A stretch of 64,000 nt of DNA from Sulfurovaceae bacterium (lineage in GTDB: Bacteria > Campylobacterota > Campylobacteria > Campylobacterales > Sulfurovaceae), in contig JADGER010000001.1 in assembly GCA_016744315.1 (NCBI GenBank), positions 353-64,352 of the forward strand, read 5' to 3'. Below the pieces are notes generated by a model. That model made no database searches and was not told the DNA's origin. It was given only the letters and a program-made list of their open reading frames with translations. This document shows positions 56,993-64,000 of this stretch, one piece after another. How positions within the stretch are numbered: the stretch's first letter is position 1; every line of letters starts with the position of its first letter. Position numbers and translations under genes: made by a program.

Positions 56993-57876
56993 GGTAACTC
57001 TTCAAAGATATCAAGCTCAGAATTTGCTAAAAGGTTATTAGCCAAAGGATGTGCTCCTAGGTATTCTAGGCGTTTTTTTTCATTGCCTAGTTTGGTGTAG
57101 AGTTGTGTGCTAGCCATAGAATGGTGTCCTAGGAGTTCACTAATATCACTAATTCTTGCACCTTCGTTTAGGAGATGTGTAGCAAAAGAGTGCCGAAGTT
57201 GGTGGGGTGTGACTTTGAGTCCTTTGGATTTGAAGAGTTTTTGTAGAATATAGCGAAGCTGTGCTTGATTCATGGGACTATCTTTTTTTTCAAATAAATA
57301 GACTTTGGGTGCATATTCTTTGAGATATATCTCTAATGATGATTGTAATATTGGTAGAAGAGGCATTTGTCTTTCTTTGTTCCCTTTTCCGTGAACTATA
57401 ACCCACTCTTTTTTAATATCTTCTATGCGTACTTGTGATAACTCACTAATACGCAATCCCAAACCATATAGCATTAATACTAATAATCCCTCCATAGCAT
57501 TACTATGGTCTAATACTTCTTGAATATAAACCTCTTCAATAGGCTTAGGAAGCGTTTGTGGGACTTTTATAAGATCATCTGCAATAAGGTCTAAAGGGAG
57601 GTTTTGTTGGTCCTGTAGATAGCGTGCAAAGGAATGAATAGCACTTAATTTGGTTCTAATACTTTTTTTATTGATACGAGCTATTTTAAGACGAAAAGGA
57701 GTTAAGTCTAAAATCCATCTTTTATCTTCTTCATAAAACTCACTGACTTCACTCATTTGACGCAAAGCAATCTCATAAGTAATCAAAGTATCAGGAGTAT
57801 ATCCACGAACTTGTTTGATATAAAGAATAAATTCTGCTATATATCCTTGGAGTAGTACAATATTAGCTGATGGCAT
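56989..57876 (-). CDS. Tyrosine recombinase (Xer-like or integrase)
   Basis: Catalytic set R (GLRISEL), K (HGKGNKER), HxxR (HQLRHSFATH) and H..Y (LGHHSMASTQLYT); 295 aa. Confidence 0.85.
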   Translation of the reverse strand: MPSANIVLLQGYIAEFILYIKQVRGYTPDTLITYEIALRQMSEVSEFYEEDKRWILDLTPFRLKIARINKKSIRTKLSAIHSFARYLQDQQNLPLDLIADDLIKVPQTLPKPIEEVYIQEVLDHSNAMEGLLVLMLYGLGLRISELSQVRIEDIKKEWVIVHGKGNKERQMPLLPILQSSLEIYLKEYAPKVYLFEKKDSPMNQAQLRYILQKLFKSKGLKVTPHQLRHSFATHLLNEGARISDISELLGHHSMASTQLYTKLGNEKKRLEYLGAHPLANNLLANSELDIFEELP

Positions 57877-58486
57877 TTTCTAGCATTTTACTCTGTAGAT
57901 ATTCTTTTGCCTCTTCTAATTCCATACCTTCTAGTGATACACTTTGTAGATAAAAATCTATTTTAGTAAATGGTTTAGGAATAACAAATTTATCCCAACT
58001 TTTTAGTTGCCAAAAGTTTTGAGCTTTATAGTTCATAATAAAAATTGGTTTATTTGCTTTGAGTGCCAAGCCTATAGCACCATCGCTCATACTATATCTA
58101 GGTCCTCTAGGACCATCAGGAGTAATAAGAACTTCAGCACCCTCTTTTACTCTGCGAAAGGCTTGTAAAAGTACTGTATTCGCACCTTTACGGCTAGAGC
58201 CACGCAGAGCATTAATACGCAAATATCCCAAAACTTTTGCTATAAGTTCACCATCAAAATGTTGGCTTATAATGGCTGAAGAGGGGAAATGAGGATGTAC
58301 TTTGCGGTAGGCTTGAGGAGCCATAAGCAATTCACTATGCCAACAAACACATATATGTTGGTGTTTACTAATAGGAGTAATAAAGTGAAATCTCTTACGA
58401 GAAGTAAACCATAAAAAACGCATGATAACATAAAGCAATATGGGGATAATAACCACACCAATAGCACGCATAATTCTTTTTTTCAT
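57863..58486 (-). CDS. DUF374-family (lysophospholipid acyltransferase-like) protein
   Basis: N-terminal TM and the ITPDGPRGPRY motif typical of DUF374. Confidence 0.7.
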   Translation of the reverse strand: MKKRIMRAIGVVIIPILLYVIMRFLWFTSRKRFHFITPISKHQHICVCWHSELLMAPQAYRKVHPHFPSSAIISQHFDGELIAKVLGYLRINALRGSSRKGANTVLLQAFRRVKEGAEVLITPDGPRGPRYSMSDGAIGLALKANKPIFIMNYKAQNFWQLKSWDKFVIPKPFTKIDFYLQSVSLEGMELEEAKEYLQSKMLENAIS

Positions 58487-58490
58487 TCTT

Positions 58491-59792
58491 CTACTCCTCT
58501 ATAACTATTCCATCCAAAGCACCACGAGATACTTTTGTAATTTTTACAGCAACAATTTGACCTAATAATTCTTCACTACCTTCAACAAATACCAACTTTC
58601 CATTATCACTACGACCAGCAATTTTATTATTTACTTTGAGTTCATCAAAATAAACTTTATGGATAGAATCTAACTCTTTATCCATTATTTCATCTAATAT
58701 CTCTGTATGTCGTGCTTGAAGAGCAGTTAATCTCTGTGAAGCTATTGCGGGGTCTACCTGTTGTTCATATTCTGCTGCATCTGTATGTGGTCTAGGAGAG
58801 TATTTGAATGAAAAAAGTTGATCAAATCGAACTTTCTCCAAAACATCCATAGTATCTGCAAAATCTTCATCACTTTCTGCTGGAAAACCTACAATTATAT
58901 CTGTAGAAATACTCGCTTCTGGGCAAAGTGTTCGTATCTTTTGGCAACGATTGAGAAACCACTCTTTGGTATACCCTCTTTTCATAGCTTTAAGTAGCGT
59001 TGTAGATCCACTTTGAAGAGGCACATGAATTTGTTTACATATTTTAGGATTAGATGCAAACTCTTCTAAGAATTCATTATCCATATGAAGTGGGTGTGGA
59101 GATGTAAAACGAATCCGTTCAAGCCCATCTATTGCAGATATAGCTCTTAAAAGTTGTACAAAATCACACTTCTCATCAGGATTAGAAAATCTTCTCCCAT
59201 AATTATTCACATTTTGACCCAAAAGCATTACCTCTTTGGCACCTGTAGATACTGCTTTGCTAATCTCTTGGACTATCAAATCTTTTGGTATAGAAATCTC
59301 TTCTCCACGGGTTGCAGGAACAATACAAAAACTGCATTGCTTATCACAACCTATAGAGATATTTACCATAGCCTTAAAAGAATTTGTCCGATAAGAAGCA
59401 AAATCATAACTACTTTCATCAAAGTCCGTATCTATTTCTACTGCATGGCGACGATTAACTACATCATTTATTTTAGAAACATTTCTAGCACCAAGTACAA
59501 AATCGACTACTGGAGCTCTTTTGATAATCTCTTTTCCTAAATGACTAGCTGTACATCCACATACACCTATTTTTGCTCCATCTTTTCGTCTCTTTTTAAA
59601 GACACCAATTTCAGAAAATAATTTTGCCACTGGTTTTTCACGAACGCTACAAGTGTTAATAATGATTAAATCTGCATCACCAAGAGTCGTAGTAAGAGCA
59701 TACTTCTCTTTTCGATTAAGTTCAGCGATAATATGTTCACTATCACGACTATTCATCGCACATCCAAGTGTTTCTATAAAGAGTTTCTTCAT
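58491..59792 (-). CDS. miaB: tRNA-2-methylthio-N6-dimethylallyladenosine synthase
   Basis: N-terminal [19 protein letters not shown] cluster, radical-SAM [11 protein letters not shown] and a C-terminal TRAM domain. Confidence 0.92.
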   Translation of the reverse strand: MKKLFIETLGCAMNSRDSEHIIAELNRKEKYALTTTLGDADLIIINTCSVREKPVAKLFSEIGVFKKRRKDGAKIGVCGCTASHLGKEIIKRAPVVDFVLGARNVSKINDVVNRRHAVEIDTDFDESSYDFASYRTNSFKAMVNISIGCDKQCSFCIVPATRGEEISIPKDLIVQEISKAVSTGAKEVMLLGQNVNNYGRRFSNPDEKCDFVQLLRAISAIDGLERIRFTSPHPLHMDNEFLEEFASNPKICKQIHVPLQSGSTTLLKAMKRGYTKEWFLNRCQKIRTLCPEASISTDIIVGFPAESDEDFADTMDVLEKVRFDQLFSFKYSPRPHTDAAEYEQQVDPAIASQRLTALQARHTEILDEIMDKELDSIHKVYFDELKVNNKIAGRSDNGKLVFVEGSEELLGQIVAVKITKVSRGALDGIVIEE

Positions 59793-59793
59793 A

Positions 59794-60033
59794 TTATTGT
59801 ACTATATGTACCTCATAGATATACTCATTATCATCTAATCCATATTTTACTTCACGCATATATACGCTATATTCTCTTTGTTCAAAATATTCAATCAACT
59901 CAATCATCTCTTTATGGGAGTTATCTTTATCAAAATAAAATATTGATTGCTTCTCTAACTCATCTTCTATTTTATCAAGATCAATCATTTTTGGTTTTGC
60001 TCGTAATGTTGTTCTAGCAAGTTTTAATTTCAT
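59794..60033 (-). CDS. Small conserved protein upstream of miaB, possibly HP0268-like
   Basis: 79 aa, 1 nt upstream of mia[39 protein letters not shown] resembles my recollection of H. pylori HP0268, which occupies the same position. Confidence 0.5.
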   Translation of the reverse strand: MKLKLARTTLRAKPKMIDLDKIEDELEKQSIFYFDKDNSHKEMIELIEYFEQREYSVYMREVKYGLDDNEYIYEVHIVQ

Positions 60034-60244
60034 TAATACTCCTCTAATTCCTATTTCATTATTTAAACTATTTCATAAATCGAATTCTTTATTATACTTT
60101 ATTTTCAGTAAAGCAATGATTAGCTATAATACTCTTCTTCCAAAACACCCCCATCCTACCCGTCGGACAAACTGTTATGTTACCACTTGTAGCGTTATAT
60201 AGGGTAGTAATTTTACTAAAAAACTATCAACAGGAGATAAAAAT

Positions 60245-61375
60245 ATGGAAAAAATTATAGATATTATCGAAGCTATTGCCCATGAAAAAAATATTACAAA
60301 GGAAAGTGCACTTGAGGCATTTAAAGAAGCTCTTGTAAACACAGCCAAAAGACTTACAAGTAAAGAGAGTACTTTTGAGGTAAATATAGACCTTGACACG
60401 AGGGATTATTCTGTCAGTAAGATTATTACGGTTGTCGCAGATGATGATGATAGACTCGAAGAGTTCCATGATAGTCTTATGTCTCTTACCGAAGCTCTTG
60501 ATTATGATAAAGACATTGAACTAGGAGATGAACTTCGTACAGAGTTTGTCTTAGAAGAATATGGAAGAACTGCTGCTGCAAACCTTTTTAGAGAGTTAGA
60601 GTACCATGTCCAACGCCGTATAGAGCAAGATCTCTTTGAGAAGCACAGAGCGCTTGTAGGTACAGTAATGATGGGTACAGTCAACCGTATAGATGCTGAA
60701 GATAATACTTATGTAGAGATAGGTGAACTCAAAGGTATTTTAAGCCAAAGAAATAGAATCAAAGGTGAGAAATTTAAAAGAGGCGATCACATTAAAGCTC
60801 TTTTGAGATTTGTTAGTATTGATCCTGAATTTGGTCTTTTCTTGGAACTTACAAGAACTTCTCCTAAGTTTTTGGAAAAATTAATGGCAAAAGAAGTTCC
60901 AGAAATTGAAGATAATCTAGTAGAAATCATGTCTACTGCAAGAATTCCTGGGGATAGAGCAAAAATTGCACTCAAAACAGAACAACTTAATATTGATCCA
61001 ATAGGTGCTGCTGTAGGTGTAAGAGGTGTGCGAATTAATTCAGTTAGCCAAGAGCTAAATGGAGAAAATATAGACTGTATAGAGTACTCAGCTATACCAG
61101 AACTCTTTGTTACAAGATCTCTTAGTCCTGCAATCACACAAAATATCAAAATAGAAGATAAAAAAGCTATTGTTAACATTACAAGTGATCAAAAAGCAAA
61201 AGCAATAGGAAAAAGTGGTATTAATATTCGATTAGCTTCTATGCTTACAGGATATACTATAGAATTAAATGAGGTAGAAGGTATTACAACTAGAAGTAAT
61301 GATGGTTCTAATAATGACTCTAAAGAGTCTCTTAAAACTACAGATACAACAGCTTTAGCTGATTTATTTAAATAA
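60245..61375 (+). CDS. nusA: Transcription termination/antitermination factor NusA (short form without AR repeats)
   Basis: N-terminal domain, S1 domain (GTVNRID..YVEIG), and KH1/KH2 (AAVGVRGVRINSV, KAIGKSGINIRLAS). Confidence 0.93.
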   Translation: MEKIIDIIEAIAHEKNITKESALEAFKEALVNTAKRLTSKESTFEVNIDLDTRDYSVSKIITVVADDDDRLEEFHDSLMSLTEALDYDKDIELGDELRTEFVLEEYGRTAAANLFRELEYHVQRRIEQDLFEKHRALVGTVMMGTVNRIDAEDNTYVEIGELKGILSQRNRIKGEKFKRGDHIKALLRFVSIDPEFGLFLELTRTSPKFLEKLMAKEVPEIEDNLVEIMSTARIPGDRAKIALKTEQLNIDPIGAAVGVRGVRINSVSQELNGENIDCIEYSAIPELFVTRSLSPAITQNIKIEDKKAIVNITSDQKAKAIGKSGINIRLASMLTGYTIELNEVEGITTRSNDGSNNDSKESLKTTDTTALADLFK

Positions 61376-61385
61376 GTCTAAAAAC

Positions 61386-61411
61386 AAGAGCAATCATAAT
61401 AGATTGCTCTT
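61386..61411. terminator. Bidirectional hairpin between nusA and argJ (AAGAGCAATC-ataata-GATTGCTCTT)
   Basis: A 10-bp perfect stem read directly, sitting between convergent stop codons. Confidence 0.5.
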
Positions 61412-61422
61412 ATATTACTAGT

Positions 61423-62637
61423 TTATGTCCTATATTCTGCATTAATTTTAACATATTCGTAACTCAAATCACAACCATACGAAATATAAGAAGCTTCCCC
61501 TAATCCAAGGTCACAAATAACTTTAAAACTCTCTTGTTTCATTATTTTATAGGCCTGTTCTTCTCTTTGTGCATCTAGTTCTCTAAATTCATTTGAATAT
61601 ATAAGTAAATTATCATAATGGATAGTAAGCGTTGTGTCATCACAGGCTACACCACTTGCACCAATAGTAGAGGCTATACGGCCCCAATTAGGGTCTTCTC
61701 CAAAAAGAGCAGTCTTTACCAACAAAGAGTTACTTAATGCTCTACTAGCCTTTTGTGCCTCTTCTATACTCTTTGCCCCCTTGACCTCAAAAGCAACTAA
61801 TTTATTAGCACCTTCCCCATCTTTGAGTATCATCATTGCAAGTTCAAATAAAATTTTATTCAAAGCTTCTTGAAATGCCTCTTTATGATACGCTCTACTC
61901 TTCTTATTAGCCAAAAGCATCACTGTATCATTTGTAGATGTATCACCATCAACAGATATACGATTAAATGATTGTTCTGTAGCTTCTAATAATACTTCTT
62001 GCATATCATCTTTTGGAATACTAGCATCTGTAGTTACAAAACACAACATCGTAGCCATCGCAGGATTTATCATCCCCGCACCCTTACAGATAGCTCCAAT
62101 ATGGAAACTTTCTCCATTTTCTAACTCTACTTTAAAGCAAAGTTCTTTTTTGAAGCTATCAGTTGTCATTATGGCTCGTGCTGTTTTATCACTATTTTTA
62201 CCATTATAATCAAATGTATCAAAGGCTGTTGCTATTTTCTCTTGGTTAAGACGGTAGCCAATCACTCCTGTAGAACTCATCACAGGATTATGCAAAGATA
62301 TTTTTTCTCCTAATTTTTCAAAAAGAGCATCAATATCTTTAATACCTTGATCTCCAGTCATAGCATTTGCATTTTTGGCATTCATTAATACAAAATTTGT
62401 CTGAAATCCATTAGGATAGCGTTGGAAATGCTTAATAGGTGCTGCTTGAAAAGTATTACTTGTAAAGAGTGCTTCAATATCACAAGGCTCTTGTGTACGA
62501 ATAAAAGCAACATCTCCGTCTATAGGAGAAGTCTCATTTTCATTAGCTGAATTTGTTCGCATACCTACATTTACAGCATCACAATAAAATCCCAAAACAT
62601 TTTCAAGACCATTTTTGATAGGAAATATTTTAAACAT
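61423..62637 (-). CDS. argJ: Bifunctional ornithine acetyltransferase / N-acetylglutamate synthase
   Basis: Autoproteolysis site region PAMATMLCFVTTDA and KGAGMI; 404 aa. Confidence 0.9.
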   Translation of the reverse strand: MFKIFPIKNGLENVLGFYCDAVNVGMRTNSANENETSPIDGDVAFIRTQEPCDIEALFTSNTFQAAPIKHFQRYPNGFQTNFVLMNAKNANAMTGDQGIKDIDALFEKLGEKISLHNPVMSSTGVIGYRLNQEKIATAFDTFDYNGKNSDKTARAIMTTDSFKKELCFKVELENGESFHIGAICKGAGMINPAMATMLCFVTTDASIPKDDMQEVLLEATEQSFNRISVDGDTSTNDTVMLLANKKSRAYHKEAFQEALNKILFELAMMILKDGEGANKLVAFEVKGAKSIEEAQKASRALSNSLLVKTALFGEDPNWGRIASTIGASGVACDDTTLTIHYDNLLIYSNEFRELDAQREEQAYKIMKQESFKVICDLGLGEASYISYGCDLSYEYVKINAEYRT

Positions 62638-63775
62638 GTTTTAACTCCTCAGGTTTTTCTTTTTTACGAATCATTTTTTTGGCTGCAGAAATACCCTTTC
62701 CTGTACCAATAAGCAAAAGTTTACTCTCTGGATAGATAATAGTATCCCCTTTTGGCATAGGGTTAAATTTTCCATCTTTTTGGCGTATACCAATAATAGT
62801 TACATTCGCTATATCTCTAAATCGAGCCTCTTTAATCTTTTTGAGTACAAGCCAACTTGTTTTAGAAACTTTTGCCTCTTCCAAATCTAAAGGTGTATCT
62901 TTTTTGTATAAAAACTCTTGAAGAAGATTTTCCATATCAGGTCGTACTGCCATAGCATTGATTCTTTGAGCCATCAATTTTGTAGCTGTTACAACTTTGT
63001 TAGCACCTAGTTTTAAAAGCTTCTGTTCATCCTCATGCCCTTTAGCATTGGCAATAATAAGATACTTTCGCATTCTACCTATCTCTTCTTCATAGAGTCT
63101 AGCAGATACAATAGTAGCAATATTATCAGCTACATTATCAGCCAAAGTAATTACGCCTTTGGCACTTGATAAATATGACTTCAAGATACCTATTTCTGTA
63201 TGTGGTTCACCTATAACAAAATAAGGATATTGATATTTTTTAGCAATTTCTTCAAGATCTTCTCTTGGATCAACAACAACAAAAGGGACATGATTAGCTC
63301 TTAGTTGCTGTGTTACTTGTATAGTAAAGTCATTATGATAACAGACAACAAAGTGATGTTTTAATCTAGCAATTTCATAAAGCATTCGACGCTCCTTGGA
63401 GATATTCTGTAATTCACCTTTTTTTATTACCTCTGCAATAATACCTACTGCTACGGAAAAAACAATGAATCCAAATATAATAAGAGTAATTGTAAAAATA
63501 CGACCCATGTCTGAAATAGGAGCTATTTCTCCAAATCCTACAGTGGTAAAAGTAATACCTGTTTGATAAATAGCATCCATTAGCGTAAATTTATCAATAA
63601 CCATATAGCCAATTGTTCCAATCAACATAGTAAGAACGGTAAGAATAAGAGGGAGTCTAAAAGGTGTTAATTGAGCATAGTACTCATCATTAAGTGTAAT
63701 ATGTGGTTTTCGTGTACTCCTCCAACCAAGGAATTTTTTTAATCTTTGGAAGGGAGTTAATTTTCTTAAGCCCAA
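62630..63775 (-). CDS. Two-TM potassium-channel protein with cytoplasmic RCK (TrkA-N/TrkA-C-like) domains
   Basis: Pore helix plus filter ITFTTVGFGE, flanked by two TM helices. An RCK-like region starts HHFVVCYHNDF. The start is uncertain: TTG lies 12 nt after the rpmB stop with no clear RBS. Confidence 0.75.
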   Translation of the reverse strand: MGLRKLTPFQRLKKFLGWRSTRKPHITLNDEYYAQLTPFRLPLILTVLTMLIGTIGYMVIDKFTLMDAIYQTGITFTTVGFGEIAPISDMGRIFTITLIIFGFIVFSVAVGIIAEVIKKGELQNISKERRMLYEIARLKHHFVVCYHNDFTIQVTQQLRANHVPFVVVDPREDLEEIAKKYQYPYFVIGEPHTEIGILKSYLSSAKGVITLADNVADNIATIVSARLYEEEIGRMRKYLIIANAKGHEDEQKLLKLGANKVVTATKLMAQRINAMAVRPDMENLLQEFLYKKDTPLDLEEAKVSKTSWLVLKKIKEARFRDIANVTIIGIRQKDGKFNPMPKGDTIIYPESKLLLIGTGKGISAAKKMIRKKEKPEELKHV

Positions 63776-63787
63776 GAGCTTAAGGGT

Positions 63788-63997
63788 CTAACTAGCTACT
63801 GCAGCTTGAGCAGCTTTCTTTTTCATTGTTCTAAGTTCAGAAGCAGCAATCTTTATCTTTTTTGTTGTTCCATCTTCCAATGTAATCTTTACTGATCTAA
63901 GATTTGGAAGTTGTCTTCTCTTTGTTTTATTGTTTGCGTGACTCACATTGTTTCCGACGAGTGGACCTTTACCACTTACATCACATCTTCTTGCCAT
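63788..63997 (-). CDS. rpmB: 50S ribosomal protein L28
   Basis: [28 protein letters not shown] is a typical L28 N-terminus. The gene is complete within the window. Confidence 0.9.
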   Translation of the reverse strand: MARRCDVSGKGPLVGNNVSHANNKTKRRQLPNLRSVKITLEDGTTKKIKIAASELRTMKKKAAQAAVAS

Positions 63998-64000
63998 GAT

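Noticed and set aside
58059-58467. Overlapping 77-aa (+) and 66-aa (-) ORFs within the DUF374 gene
   Set aside because: Both lie inside the DUF374 reading frame, which carries the family motif DGPRGP. Neither has independent support.
60125-60244. Possible structured leader or ncRNA upstream of nusA (CTACCC ... GGGTAG pairing after a TATAAT at about 60125)
   Set aside because: Only a 6-bp outer stem with a long unstructured AT-rich interior, and no recognisable riboswitch or attenuator features. The evidence is too weak to call.

Overview
AT-rich bacterial chromosome segment. Gene content and order look like Campylobacterota (epsilonproteobacteria): thrB-ylxR-infB-rbfA-rimP, a solitary nusA divergent from a small-ORF-miaB-DUF374 operon, groES-groEL, lpxC, znuABC, and several GTG/TTG starts. 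The genus cannot be assigned without a database search. I count about 70 protein genes and one tRNA(CAU), and found no rRNA, CRISPR array or transposase.

Most of the window is housekeeping: purM, prfA, rpsT, glmM, lspA, nadC, lpxC, thrB, infB, groESL, miaB, nusA, argJ and rpmB.

The accessory parts are:
(1) A toxin/defence-type islet at the left edge, 1-2.4 kb: WYL-like fragment, a 25-codon ATPase-like stub, VapBC and a self-inhibited Fic.
(2) A roughly 10 kb same-strand block, 27.6-37.8 kb, with no housekeeping genes. It holds a Met-rich periplasmic protein, a vWA protein with four 261-bp tandem coding repeats, a three-member family of secreted paralogues (one decayed), a glycine-zipper OmpA lipoprotein, a soluble GAF hybrid histidine kinase and two tandem Roadblock/LC7-like proteins, with no GTPase nearby.
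(3) A glycan/O-acylation region, 45.9-54.3 kb. It has an MBOAT with partner protein, SGNH hydrolase and wbpB/D/E, and a very AT-rich orphan gene sits between wbpB and wbpD.
(4) A HinP1I-family-like type II R-M pair translationally coupled to a tyrosine recombinase at the end of the miaB operon.

My best candidate for something undescribed is the Roadblock-pair/GAF-kinase/envelope-protein block, followed by the orphan in the wbp operon. Both are hypotheses built from motif reading only. A manual read of all CpG contexts also suggests extreme avoidance of ACGT, CCGG and GCGC. All family assignments come from motif recognition by eye, not from searches.
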